From Vicugna vicugna (lineage: Eukaryota), in NCBI GenBank assembly GCA_013265495.1, contig MU057377.1, positions 248,001 through 312,000 on the forward strand: DNA of 64,000 bases, given 5' to 3'. The stretch's first letter is position 1. The number at the start of each line of letters is the position of its first letter. Below, in pieces: positions 36,372 through 49,499 of this stretch. The notes below the pieces were generated by a model that had not been told where the DNA came from, searched no databases, and worked only from the letters and a program-made list of their open reading frames with translations. The position numbers and the translations under genes are program-made.

Positions 36372-36466
36372 GGGGGCTTGGGTACAGCCCAGTGACAAAG
36401 TACATGTTTGGCATACATGAAGTCCTGGGTTCAATCCCCAGTGCCTCCTTTAAGGGGGAAAAAAAA
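36372..36466 (+). mobile_element. tRNA-derived SINE (camelid Vic-1-like)
   Basis: gggtacagcccagtgacaaagtacatgtttggcatacatgaagtcctgggttcaatccccagtgcctcc plus A-rich tail; degenerate A box and a GGTTCAATCC B box. Confidence 0.7.
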
Positions 36467-37629
36467 CCCACAGAGATCACTTCATACCCACCAGACTGAC
36501 CCCCAAGATAAAATTAGAAAGTTTTTTCATTTCGAAGCTATCAGCAAAATTTTGCACTCAGATTGAAACAGTCCATGATGAAATGCCGTTTTAAAGATTT
36601 GATTCTTTCATCTGAGCCCTGATTTTCAATACTCATTGGGTACTTGAGGCTTAAACAGAAAAATGCTTTTAAAAATATGGCAGATTCGCTTCCATCAAAG
36701 ATTCTTTGACTCTCCATCGTGAAGAGTCTTCAGTGATGCTCCATGGCTTATAGTAAAATAACACCAGTATCAATAGCAACCACAATAAATAAGTAATTGG
36801 CAAAATGAAAGTCTCTTTAACGTCACGACCGAGACCCTTCAGGGCGTGGCCCCTCCTTCATCCTGTTGCATTTCCCCGCGTCCCCCGCCTTGCTCTTCGG
36901 CAGGCTCTGAGCTCTTGCTCCGTTCAGGAGTGCCAGATGCCTCTCTGCCGCTTCGTTCTTCACAAGCCATTCCTGCTGCTTGCGGTCATCCTCTTCTTGG
37001 CTTCCATCCACCTGCTAAACACCGATTCGTCCTATAGACTTAGTCTAGTTTAGGTATTATTTCCCCTCAAAAACGTTTCCCAGCCCCACACAAAAAGAAT
37101 GCATATTCCTTGCGTGCTTCTGTGGGGCCTGTGGGCGCCTGTGTCTCAGCCCTGGGTCTGTGTGCATCTGTGTCCCTCACAGGGGACCAGCAGGAGTTGG
37201 TGCGTTGGTATTCAGTAAAGCTTTTTTAAAAATTCAGTGGCTCGTATATATTCTGTATTTCTAAAAATGTTCCAGGCATTAGTTCATAAGAAGTTTATCT
37301 TCAAACACTTTCTCAGTCAATACATCGGTGTGATTGAATTAGTAATAGAACAATATATTTTGATGACTTTAGAGCTTACGTTCTTCTCTGTGTGTCGGAT
37401 ACTCTGCTGAGCCCTGCAGACACTAGCAGGAGGGACACAGGGTCCATCCCTTGCCCCTCAGGGGACTGGGGAGACTCTTCCTGGAAGGAACCTGGCCGAA
37501 GTCTGCACGTGCTGAGCTTCCACGCCTGTGGACTGAGACTCCTGAAGCCTTTTCTTTCGGGAGGCTTAGATTCAGTGGATGCACTTTTAAACCCTTAGTT
37601 TCTTCTGCTTTGAGATGGGAAGAAGTTGG

Positions 37630-37800
37630 ATTTAGACATGGATTTGACTCTAGACCATGTGGATTTACACCCTCGGAGTCACTTTTCTGTTTGTAAAATG
37701 TCATAATGATAGTACTAACTTCACAGAGGTGCCATGATTAAATGAGATCAAGCATGCTTGGTACTCCGCACACGAACACCGAGGAAACACACAAATAAAT
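37630..37800 (+). mobile_element. MIR SINE
   Basis: cacttttctgtttgtaaaatgtcataatgatagtactaacttcacagaggtgccatgattaaatgagatc. Confidence 0.7.
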
Positions 37801-38475
37801 GTGAATTTCTCCTCTCTTTTGGGTGGGAATTTCCAGTGCAACAGAGCTTGAGCTTTTCTGAAAGTCCCAAGTGGTCCTTGGCTAAGTTATACCCCCCGGA
37901 ACCACAGCAGGACCTCACAGGCTCGGATGCTGGAGCCAGAGTCCCTGTGGAACGTGAGCACAGCCTTTAAATTGTTACAGGACTTCTCCATTTTCCCAGA
38001 AAAACTGTCTGTGAGATAGCCACAGCGTTAAGATAGCTCTGCTAATGAAAACTTGTGTCTGCCTGTAAAAGCGCTTTGTAAAGTTGCCTGAGTTTCTTCA
38101 AGTCCAAACATTTACCCAGTAGCCGGCTGCTGCGAGCTGCTTTCTTTTTTCCTCCCTATTTTTGTCACAGTTTCAGGTTATGACTGGGCAGTAGTGATCT
38201 GGTTGACTCGCGGGTATTTTTCTTTTTAGTAAAAAGGCCCAGTGTTACTAGCCTCTGTCTGATTTCCATGCAAGCAAAGTCAAATCAGGTTTTCACCACC
38301 TCACTTGGATGTAATAGTGGGTGCATGTCCCTGAAATCGAGTTTCAGATTATCATTTGTTCTTTTCCCAAATAATGTGACCAGTTAGCAGTTGACATTAA
38401 GTGAGATCTCATGCACTCATTCTCTACATGTACTGGACCCCAGCTGAGCCAGACCCTGGTGTTCTCATTTTCTAG

Positions 38476-38532
38476 GCTAAAAATCACGCCAAGCAGGGGA
38501 TAAGGGAAGTGAAGAGTAAGCTGAGACACAAG
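38476..38532 (+). CDS. DENND1B: DENND1B coding exon: AKNHAKQGIREVKSKLRHK
   Basis: Acceptor ttttctAG|GCT, donor AAG|GTacgt; 57 nt, phase 0-0. Confidence 0.94.
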
Positions 38533-38956
38533 GTACGTCCAGGCTTTTCCCTCCGCCTCGCTTCCCGCGTTGGTGTGAAGCTTGTACTTCACAAATCACA
38601 CGAGATTTATGTTTTTAATGACTTTTGAAATATACTTAGCCCTTTGTTCACGAATGTATTTTTCATAACAAGCCCTCTGGCAGCTCTCTGCCGTGCTATA
38701 CGCACCCACTGAATAATCTCTTTATTGTTTGCATGTTTTATCACCGAGCGACAGAGATCTTCAAAGATGCTTTAACAGAATGTATGTTTTCATAAAGTTG
38801 ATTGCCTTGATATCACCATTGAAATTCTTGCTTCAAGCTGAGAATTTTTCTTAAAAAAGATGGTCTTTGGTGCAGAATTAAGACAGGCTTTACAGGGTTG
38901 TTCCAGTAGTAGCTACTTTAAGTGGAAGGGTGTTCTTCACTTACAAAAGATGGTGT

Positions 38957-39090
38957 TTGAGGATGTGTATTTGAATCTGTGAATACTGCACATAAATGAA
39001 TATTTATGTGTATGTATCTGTGTGTTTGATTTGACTACATATTGCATCTTCGCAGATTTTATCAGTTACATTTTGAATTTCTACCTCTGG
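38957..39090 (+). repeat. Donor copy of a 134-bp dispersed direct repeat (second copy at 40071-40204)
   Basis: Ungapped alignment of the two copies shows 10 mismatches in 134 nt (manual count). Confidence 0.95.
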
Positions 39091-39366
39091 AGAGAAGATG
39101 CTACTTAAAACTCCCATTGTGATGACGGAGAGTAAATGCTCTTCACACAAAGTTTATTCAGATTATTCAAAAGAATCAGAGATTATTTTGGAAATCATTA
39201 GTTCATAGTATAGAAGGATGCATTTTCTTCCTGAATAGTTTCTTTCAAACTTATACCTCAAGCATGACTTTGCTATTTGCATCTGATTCAATACTTTGTC
39301 TCTTACTCATACAACTTTAGTAGTGAGTGTTTTAAAGTAATTGCTTGCATGTTTCTTCACGTGCAG

Positions 39367-39474
39367 GAAAACGAGGAAGATTATGGAACTTGCTCTGGTT
39401 CTGCGCAGTACACGCCAGTTTACACGTTACGCAGTGACAAGGGGGAAAGCCTCGCAAGGCGCAAGCTTGCCCAG
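39367..39474 (+). CDS. DENND1B: DENND1B coding exon: ENEEDYGTCSGSAQYTPVYTLRSDKGESLARRKLAQ
   Basis: Acceptor cacgtgcAG|GAA, donor CAG|GTgagg; 108 nt, phase 0-0. Confidence 0.94.
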
Positions 39475-40023
39475 GTGAGGTCGTTTACCTTCCTGCCTCC
39501 CAAATTCTGAATTTATGTAATTCCAGTGAATTCTTTAGGAACAGCTTTGGACCCATCGATTTGTTACCGTATGTTAAGAAGATCTGTGATTCCGGTCAAG
39601 GAGGTGAGCAAGCAGCGTCCCGGCAGGTGCAGGGGGCCTGGGAGCCCAGCGTCTCGGGTGCCAGCCTCTCCATGTACTTCACCAGGTCGTGTCCTCCTGG
39701 TCCAGCGAGCGGAGAGAGACAGTGCGGCTGCCCCAGGGTGTGCGTGGCTTAGTGATGAGAGCAAAATCACAGCTTTCCTTTAGTCCAGAAATAAGATGAA
39801 ACTCATACAGGGGATCTGACCTTGAAGGTAGTCTATGGAAATTAGAATATGAAGTAATGTGTATCTATCTTTTTCTAAAATCAGATATTTTATTTGCTAT
39901 AAATATTTAAAGCTTCTGCTTATTTCTAATGCTCCTTAAAATATTGTCCTAAAGTAGAAGATGTCCATAACCATAGGTGTGCGTATCTCTGATTTTGCAT
40001 CACAAATATCTTTCTACTGTAGG

Positions 40024-40329
40024 CTTTTCTTTTAAGTTTTTTTTTATTAAGGTATAGTCAGTTTACAATGTTGAGGATGTGTATTTGAATCTATGAATAC
40101 TACACATATATGAATATTTATGTGTGTGTATATGTGTGTTTGATTTGACTACATATTACATCTTTGCAGATTTTATCAGCTATGTTTTGAATTTCTACCT
40201 CTGGTGCACAGCACAGTTCTTCAGTCATACATGAATATACATGTATTCATTTTCATATTCTTTTTCACCATAAGCTACTACAAGATATTGAGTATATTTC
40301 CCTGTGCTATACAGTATAAAGTTGTTTAT
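40024..40329 (-). mobile_element. Young L1 3' tail with target-site duplication, interrupted by a 134-bp foreign insert
   Basis: TSD tactgtagg at 40015-40023 and 40330-40338; poly-T, then ttaaggtatagtcagtttacaatgttg...tgcacagcacagttcttcagtcatacatg. Confidence 0.85.
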
Positions 40330-42915
40330 TACTGTAGGTTTTAAGGAAGCAAAATTGCTATACACCAAATCATATTTTAAGTGGCCTTAGAAAACTAGCT
40401 CTTAAGAGGAGCTCGCAAGTGGATTATAGTCCCAGAATCTTAGCGCTGGAAGCAACTGCAAAGCTTGGCTCCTTGCAGCCGCCGCAGCCTGCAGTCGAGG
40501 AGGTCGGTGGCCAGAGTGTCAGTCACTTTCCATACATCTTACGCCGAGTTAGGGGCAGAGCCGGACAAGGAGCCGGCGCTGGTGCTCAGGGAGCTTCCGT
40601 GGACATGCAGGCGCAGCAGCGGTGGAGATGCCCTAAAGTGCTTCCTGTGTCTTTAGGAACGGGAGAGCCAGCCAGGGAGGGAGGCTGCCCTGCACCTCAG
40701 CCTGCGTAAAGGAGACTCATGCGTTCAGTCATTTCAGCAGCTGTTATGCACCAGATGCTATTCTAGGTATTTTGGGAAAACATTGAAAAAAAAAATCTCT
40801 GCCTTCAGGAGGCTTATTTTTATAACATACAAAGGGCCTTCTCTGTGGTTTATCCATCTGTTAAGGGTCCATTTGCATATGTGAGTGTTGCCTCCCTGCG
40901 GAGTATTGGTGGTGGGTGCTGACTGTATGCCCCCAAACAAGCCTTATAGTGAGAGAGTTTTCCACAAGTGTAGGAACTTCTGACTGCCACCGTTAACTCG
41001 GAAACTTTTATTAACTTGTAAATTAATGGTGGATTGGCATTTAGTTTCTTAACTTTTGTCCCATCACTAGAACGTTCATTTCCTGTTTGTCTGCTCTTAA
41101 GCTTTGCCATCTTAAAAATTTCTCCAAAATGTCACTGCCTTTATATTGGAGCACTTAAGTTATATTTATCATGATAAATTAGATTTTTATGTGAAAAAAG
41201 TAGGATTTTCATTACCTCTAGGATGCTTTAAGATAAAAAGAAAACACTCAAATTTGGAGAAATGCCTGTCCTAAATATCACTTTTAAATTAAGAAAATTA
41301 TTTTTAGCTCTTCATATTTAAATTTTTAGATCTTCCCTTTTTTAGCATGGGATCATATTTTATGATTTAATTATAAAACATATTAGTGATTTCTGGTTTT
41401 GTTTTCTTTGAATTATAATATCATGAATTCAGTTGTCTGCATTCATTATTTAACATTTTATGGTTTTCAGGTAGACATGACATGCTGACTTTAGCAAGAA
41501 TTGAAAGAAGTGAGGCTTATTCTTTTAATAATTATAATATGATTTTCCTACTTGTTAAATAGAATTTGCTAAACCAACATATTTAGACTTACCGTGCAGA
41601 TGATAATGTATGAATAATAATCTTTATTTTTAAAGTGATAAACACTTGACTTTCAAGCAATGTGTGTATGCAGTGTACATGTTTCTTTGTATACGTGAAT
41701 CTCATTATATACGTAGGTGTATATATATATACATATACATATACACAGACACATCATATATATGTATTTTAACAGCTAAATTTTTTGACTTTCCGTTTTC
41801 AACTGTTTGCAACCCAATAGTATAATTTATGATATTTTGCTTTTGCTTAAATTTTTTCTATAATTAAAATTTGATTGTTTAGCAAAGAGGTAAATTTTGG
41901 GCCCTTTGGCAGTTTTTTCCTTCATACTTTCCACACCTACTTTTTTTTCCCTAAAGCTGCCAGAATGTGTGTTTTCTTGCAATACAAATTTTACCTCTTT
42001 GAGCAGATAGTTTCAGGCAGCTTGTGGTCAGCGGCTTACTTGTAAAAGCAGGCCCTGGTATCTTCAAACTGAAATTGTCATCTAATCCCTGATTGGAATG
42101 ATTTCTTTAACTTTCTAGTGTCAGCAAACACACACGAATGAAATAAGTCAGTACCAGGGCATTTACTGTAGGGAGAAAGGTGTTCCTTAGGACACCCAAG
42201 CGCAGGGGTGGATGTGAGGCGTGGTGGGATGAGAATGAGACGTGGAAAGTGGTCCGGGAGGGGTGTGACACCGTCTTCTCTCTATCTCTGTCTCACCTGC
42301 CCTGTGTTGTGCCTTCGGTTGCATGTCTGTACACGCTGCCATCTGTAGACTGGCTTTCGCAGCTTCCCTCTGCCCCTGTCACTGAGCTTGCAGGCCCTCA
42401 GTCCAAACGACGACTGAAAAGAGGCCACAGTTCCCAAATCCAGTTTCTTGTGTGTAACCAGTCCGCACGGATCGCGCGTCGGCCCGCGGTTCAGTCTGCT
42501 CCAGCCAGAGAGGCAGGGCGAGGACCACGTCACCACGACACCGGGGGGGACTAGGTGTGCACAGGGACAGCGGGTCTCGGAGAAGGCGTTTTAAGGACTG
42601 TGACAGTCTCTCAAAGGATTTCTGCTATTTCTAATAGCCTTATGAGGCTATTTGCCAAAAAGCCATCTTTGCAAAATAAAAGAAGAAAGGAAAATCTGTA
42701 TTTTTGAGCAGTTAGAGGCTGGATCTTTGTGCCACACATCTGAAGCTTGGTAAGTTTAAGGTCAGCCTACCCCAGGGGGCTGCCGCGGCCTCCGTTCTCA
42801 CCAGGCAGATGAGCCGCTGGAACAAATGGAAGGACCGCAGAGCAAGTGAGCTTAGGGTTCACCACCTGCATTTCGGGCAGAAATCAAGAGGGTCCGGCAT
42901 AGTCTGCTGCCTTTT

Positions 42916-43069
42916 GTTTTGTTTTTCTTTCTTTCATTTTTTTTTTTTTTTTTGTCTGCAGCATTTAAATTGAAGTACAGTGAGTTACAGTGTGTCAATT
43001 TCTGGGGTATGGCACAGTGTCCCAGTCATGCACATACATACATAGATTCATTTTTGTATTTTTTTTTTA
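42916..43069 (-). mobile_element. Short young L1 3' tail with target-site duplication
   Basis: TSD ctgcctttt at 42907-42915 and 43070-43078; long T-rich tail, then aattgaagtacagtgagttacagtgtgtcaatttctgg. Confidence 0.75.
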
Positions 43070-44429
43070 CTGCCTTTTCTTTGTGGTCTGATATTGCAGA
43101 AGCTTCCTTGGTTCACTTTTTGGGGATAATCCATTTCATTGATTTAATAAAAAATATGATCCAGTAGATTGTGGAAGAGACAGAAAGCTGGTGCCCGAAC
43201 CGTGTGCATACTGTGTTATGATGATTTCCCAGTAAGTAAGTTCCTTCACTCCTGTCTCTCAAAAAAGTGTAATGATGGTAGCATCGGAGCACAGTAAGAT
43301 TTTCAACTAAACTTGTACACAGTTCTGGGAATAGTTAGATGTGGTTAAAGGGAGAATCTAGATATCAATCAATGTGTCAGAGACACTAATGTTTGTTTAT
43401 ATTCTGCCTATTTCCAAAATAAATTGATATCTTACAAAGAATCTTAGAATAAGGAATTAAAATTCAATCATCTAGAAAAGATCCAAGGTAGAGGGAAAGT
43501 GTGGTAAGAAGCTAAGGCCCGTTCCCTTGCTTAGCAGCCAGAGTAAAGAGAAGAAACGGAGCCGCCAGGAGTCGTGATGCACAGAGACTAAGAAAGCTGT
43601 TCAGGAGATGGGGCTGGATGCTCGGGTGCACAGGTGACTTCGGTGCCCCGGGAGCTCACAGTCGGGTGGAAGTTCCTGGCGGAGCGTGCCGTTGAGGAGG
43701 AGGAAGTCCGGCTTTTCTATTTGGCCTCTTTGGTGTGAAGGGCTCAGGTTCGTCAGCATCTTCAGAGACCCCTCAGCTTCCCAGCTGCTGCCTTAGCTTT
43801 CCCGTGACAGTTGGACTGCTGAAACGAGGGACAGGGGTGCAAGCAGAAATCAACTGAGAATGCACCCTTTTCTTCCTGCCGTAGCATCTCTGTCTCATGT
43901 TAGTGCTGGGGTCTCGGGAAGGAACCACGCCTTGGGCCCCTCCTTGTATTTGATTATTTACATGACCAGATTCTCTTAAAAGACTTGCTATGTGGTAAAT
44001 TCAGTTACCAGAAAGCAAGATTATGTAGAGACCTGTGGGATTTGGTGATCCAGGTAATTCTGATGTTCTTACTACTGTTTTCCAAACCTCAGATGTTGCT
44101 GAGTTGAAGTAATATCAAAGTGTACTTGAGCAGCCCTGGAAAACATGAGGGAAAGAGACAGTCCCTTGATTAGCAGGCTGTCTGTGTAGGTTTGTGTGTG
44201 TTATGTGATTAATTTAAAACTTCCAACGATCCAAGCAGAGTGGGAACTATTATCCCCATTTTTCACATTTAGAAACGGGGTGTGGGGGGAGGGATCAAGA
44301 AATGTGCCGAAAGTTCTGCAGGTCGTAATTAGCTGAGTAGGAGCTGACAAGCTGGCAGACTGCTCCTGGAGTGCCGGTGCCGAGCACGAGCGTCCGCCCT
44401 GCCTTTGTGCGGAGTGGAGGGCTGGTGGG

Positions 44430-44650
44430 CGAGGGGCAGCCGGGCCGGGGCGCGGGGCCTGCAGCCAGAGAGGCTCGACTCTGAAGGAGGTCCTAGCATG
44501 TAGCGTGGAGAGAACGCACCTCTCTGAGCTTTCGTCTCTCCCCTGGTGAGTTGGTGGTAGCAATACATGCCGTTTTCCTAGGATGCTGCTGGCGTTAGTG
44601 GTAATGTATCTAAAGTGTCTGCCACGCCACAGGCATTAAGTAACCGGCAT
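44430..44650 (+). mobile_element. MIR SINE, GC-shifted 5' end
   Basis: ggggcctgcagccagagagg...cctctctgagctttcgtctctcccctggtgagttgg...ctaggatgctgctggcgttag. Confidence 0.55.
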
Positions 44651-47600
44651 CTGCCCGTCACCCACGTGCACATATCTTGAGCTGCAGGTGTTTTACAGCA
44701 GCGGCACCCTCTGCCTTTCTTCGCTCTCCTGAGTCATGTCCAGAGTCACTAACAGGCCTGCAGCCGCTGCAGCAGTGGGGGCCCCCAAATTGTCTGTCTT
44801 CATTCCACGTAGGGATCTCAGTTTGTGATTTGGAAAGAAATGTACAGCTTTCCTAGTTTATAAGACCTTGATTATGTCATTTTATTGTCAGACCCGTTAT
44901 GTAAATGCAGAATATGGACTTGGCTAACATCTCTCCTAGCCTGTTTGCTTGTCTGTTTGAGAAGTCACTCTGGGCTGCGTGAAGAACTTTCCATTTCCAG
45001 TTTTCCAGCTAGACTTGGGTAAATGAAACACTTCAGTTTTATCTGTTTTTCAAAAGAGAGAATTGAGATTTTGGTAACGTAAGTTCCGAGAATGTATTTT
45101 AAAGTAAAAAATAAATAAAGTTTTATTATCTGGGTTCTGTAGAAAAGAACAGAAAACAAACGTGCTGTACTCAGCCTGCTTTCCGTTCCTGAGCTTACTT
45201 TTGAAGTAAGACTGTGAATCTCTGTCCATTCCTAACGCGCAGTCACTTGTGTGGCTCTGCTGATGAGTGTGGTTATTGCCCGTTCTGTTGACGAGGCTCA
45301 AATAAACGTCAGGTGCAGCCGTGAAGGTCTCCCAATTAGGCTTCCCCGTGTAAAGCCCAGCTCTCTCCCCTTTTGTGCGGCGATGACAGTTCCAGCAGCA
45401 GCCCCCGCCTAACAGGACTCCAGGGACAGGATCCTCCTCTGGTTTTATTGAAAACAGGGCCCGTTTGGGTCCAGGGAGAATACCGCACTGGTCATGGTGC
45501 AGAACTGTTTTAATCTGGACTGCGTACTTCCCTTCTTTCATCAATTTTATTTTAGAACAAAATACTGTAGACTTAGTGAAGACTACATCTATCATCTAAG
45601 ATTATGTCTTAAAATACTTACTTGTAAAAATGTATTGGAATTTTCTAAGAATGAGAAACTAAATGGTGCAAAATTTATATGAGCTGAAGATACCGCTTCA
45701 TATTTGATAGCATGAGCCATTAGTATCTTACTCTAGTAGCTGCAATGTCTCTCACACACACATGCACACCAGCTAGACTCCTGAACCGCAGGCAGGAACG
45801 TAGCTGAATTACAAGTCAGCATTAACAGATGGATGGCCCTAAGCAAGCAAAACCACCGGGGCAAAATCTAGTGAAAGTGGAGGATTGAAGCTTTTTGTCA
45901 TTAAGCCCCATTGAAACCTCGGCACACGCATCACTCTTAACTAGTTCGTGTCTGGGACAAGAAGCAATCCACTCAGGTTCATTTCCAACCTATCCAATTA
46001 GTTACATAAAAGCTGCATGAGAAAATATGAATGAAGATTATTTTTGCATTTGTTCTGTAGTATAGAGCATGTGGCTGTTGACAAGAACCCACACTTGGAA
46101 TGAAGGCAAGACTTTAACCCAAACACAGTGTTTACAAACAGGAATATACTCAGTAGTCATAATTTTTCCTAATAAGACCACAGTATTTGAAAATAATGGT
46201 CATTTATTTTTCAAATATATTCACATATAGACAGATAGTTGAGATATGAATAGTTCTTTTGAGTACATAAAGATGTTTATTAAAATGTGATCTATGTGAT
46301 TTTCCATTTTTTACCTGTTAAACAAGGTGATGTGTACACTTCAAATGAGACTGTTCTCTTTTTGAGTCCTTGTGTATTTACTGGTTTGTAAATCATCCTG
46401 ATGGATTTGGAATATAGCACAACAGCAGTGACTCATTTTACAACCGATGAATAATGCAATTTCATCTTTAAAGAATGCTCTTAGAAGCTCTGTATGCCTT
46501 TTTGGCACGTACAGACTTGCAGGTCAGGCCTTTCGAAGCCACATCTCAGTTGAACGGGAGCTTAAACCCCATCATGTAAGCATGTTTTAAATATGTGCGA
46601 TCAGGTGGTTTACATTGTACAGATAATATACCTCATAGTTTTGAAATACTACCAATGAAATTAAGTTTCTGTGAAATTTACACGAAAAGATGAAAATGCA
46701 GATTCTCTGCATTGCTTAGTTCCTAAACACGGTACATGACGGGGTAGTCACACCTAGCACGGTGCGGTTGGTGTGGTGTGTCTGTGACACACTTTGCTTC
46801 CTTGAAATTCAGTGGAATCTGGGATAAAATGAATGTAACTGAGGACAGTGTTTCTTGCTTAGGTGACATCATGGACTTCAGAAAATGACTCACTCGCTGG
46901 GCTCTTTGGAAAAATACAGCCCATTGAATAGCTTTGCTTTATTGGTCAAGAAAGAAAAGGCACAGTCATTGGTTTGCAAAGAGTAGTAGCCACTTGGTTC
47001 TTCTGACCAAGAAAACAGTGGCTGTAAATCACAATGAGAAAAATAATTGTGACCTCGGTGCGGGGGTGGGGGGGATGTGTGTACGAAGGGGGAGGTCCAG
47101 ACACTTGGAAAAATACTTAATATAAATCTTACCAAATAATAAAAATAAGTTTAACCAAACTATGGCAGCCAAAAAAACCCCTTAATTTTTTATTTTTAGC
47201 GCTCTGTTTACTTTGGCTCAGTGCTGGGAATTCTGCTATTATGATTAAGCTAAAGTGTTGAATTAAAGTGATGAGAAGTACTAGAGAAGTAAACTAGAGA
47301 AAAATTAGAGAAAGTATTAGAATTTCAAATGATAAAATGTTTTCTAAAATAATTTAAGTGCATTTCTTTTCAGAGATGCCCACAAAAAATAACTGCCTAA
47401 ATGAAAACGTGGTTGATCAATCTTTGATCCAAAGTCACTCTTTCACATAGCACACATATGGTCTAATTTACACTAATGTCGCTGACTCATAGGATTGATC
47501 TTTTAAGTCCAGTTTGAAAATATGGGTACCATATTGTTGTTTTAAAGAAAGTCACTGTTCTCTATTGTTTTCTGTTGAAATAACATTAATTTCCAACATG

Positions 47601-49499
47601 TCAAATTTGTGGTTAAATCAGTGCCCTCACCCACCTCCCCTAAATTTCAGTTGTGGATTACAAGGGTGCCCTCTAGTGAGCATTAGATCGTATTTTCTCT
47701 TCTTGGAAGAAGATGGTTGTGTAAGACAAAATTTATAGGTATAAAATTTGCCTTTCTCTTTAAAAACTGAATAGAATACACATTTGGGACATTTATATTA
47801 TCATAAAATCATTCAAGGACATTCTTTCAAAGGAATGATCAAAACCAACTCCTTTCAGCGACTGGCCAGGACTTCATTTTTATAATGTTAAGCCCTGCCG
47901 AACAATACCTAGTGTATTAAAAAGGCTTGTATGAACGTGCTCCCTATATTTTATAAGATATTTTTAGGTTGAAATGTGCCTTTTTAATGTTATAATTTTA
48001 CTTTTCCAATTTATTGCCACAAATGGCTGTCACAAAGTCTTGAAACAAAAACAGAGGAACTTAAATTTTCCACTTGGAAAATATATTGAGTATTAATTAC
48101 CATTCTAGACTTTGCATCAGTAATCACCAGTATCTTTCTGTTCTGTTTAATTTTGTGAGAGCTTTTTCTTGTTGTATCTTCAATTATTTTAAGGGCGTTC
48201 AGTGAAACTAACAACAGCTCTCTATTCTAAAAGTACTCAATTTTTATAGACAGATTCTTATTTCCTCCCAGGATGCCGGGGATGCAGAAATGGTGGTTTT
48301 CTGCCTGTTTTGTGTGTAAGAATTGCTTTAAATGTTGGTCAGAGATCAGCGTTAACGCCGATGAAAGGAAAAGCCAGTCTCGTCTTTGGAGGGGTTACTG
48401 CTGCTGCGGGTCAGTGTCCCCGAGAGAGGAGTTGCCAAGAACGTCAACAGATGTGCAAGTGCAGAGAATTAGAGCATCTTAGTCTGATCCGAACTGGATT
48501 TATGTTTGTTACACTTGGTTGTATTTCCTGATACAGAACATAAAATATTAGAATAATGCAGATGTATCTTAACGGGAGACAAAATGGGACCCCTTTGAGT
48601 GCAGACTTCTCTGGAAGTTCTTCATGTTTTTCTAACACTTGAGTCTAATCTTGGTCATTTTGCAGAACCCCCTTCCCTCTTTGCCCTTATCAGTATCTTT
48701 ATCATTTGTAAAATAATGCATTTGATACCAAACTATAATTGCAATTTCTGTCAAGGTTCTTTCTACAGTCAATACTGACACCATTTTGAGACTCTCCACA
48801 CGTACACACACGTTTATGCTAATTATATATTATGGTAATCTGAAAAGTGAGATCCAGCTGTAGTTATTTTAGAAATTAGGTATTTTAATCCTTAGCTATG
48901 CACGTTTTGCAAACATAGTTCATTAAGGTGAGTGGAGACGCTGTGGGTGTGTTATGGTCAGTGCCGGCATTTTAGTTGCTCATTCCACCCAGCGTAGCCA
49001 TCTTCACATCAGCTAGGGAAAGGAATCGAATTCTGGGTTTCGCTGAAACTTCAGTGGACTCGTTGTGTAGTAAGAAACCTTTTAAAATGTTAAAATATTG
49101 AAACCCTGTCAGCAGAAGTGAAATTGCAGAGAGTGTGCCATTTGTCAAAGGATTATTTATTTATTTAGCTTGGGGAATGATGTTTTGATAGTCTTATATA
49201 ATTTCTTGTATTTACACTAATCAATAATCTTTCAGAACTGCAAAGTTACTGCACAAGCTCTTTTATAAGTTGCTTTTTCAAACATTAAATAAGAGGAAAA
49301 TAATGAAACAATATATTTTAAATATTTATAGTTAACATAATTATTTGGCATACCAACAGTTCTCAAAGGTTGGCTTAAAAGTCTCAGTCAACAGCCATAC
49401 AAACATGGGTGAGTCGTGAGACCTGCACCCGTCAACCATGGCAGGGGGGAGAGTCCTTCAGAGCGGCTGGTCCACTGCTGCCGTTGGGTGGGGGTTTTG

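Noticed and set aside
36372..36450. tRNA-like sequence with a B box
   Set aside because: The A box and stems are degenerate and there is an A-rich tail, so this is a SINE rather than a tRNA gene.
45050..45595. 181-aa minus-strand ORF (also 21841..22335, 57057..57542 and 19713..20153)
   Set aside because: No recognisable domains, codon bias or splice context; lengths are compatible with chance in intron or repeat sequence.
48253..48320. Acceptor-like tttcctcccAG|GATGCC in the large intron
   Set aside because: It runs into a stop within 16 codons and has no convincing donor or other support. Such cryptic sites are common.
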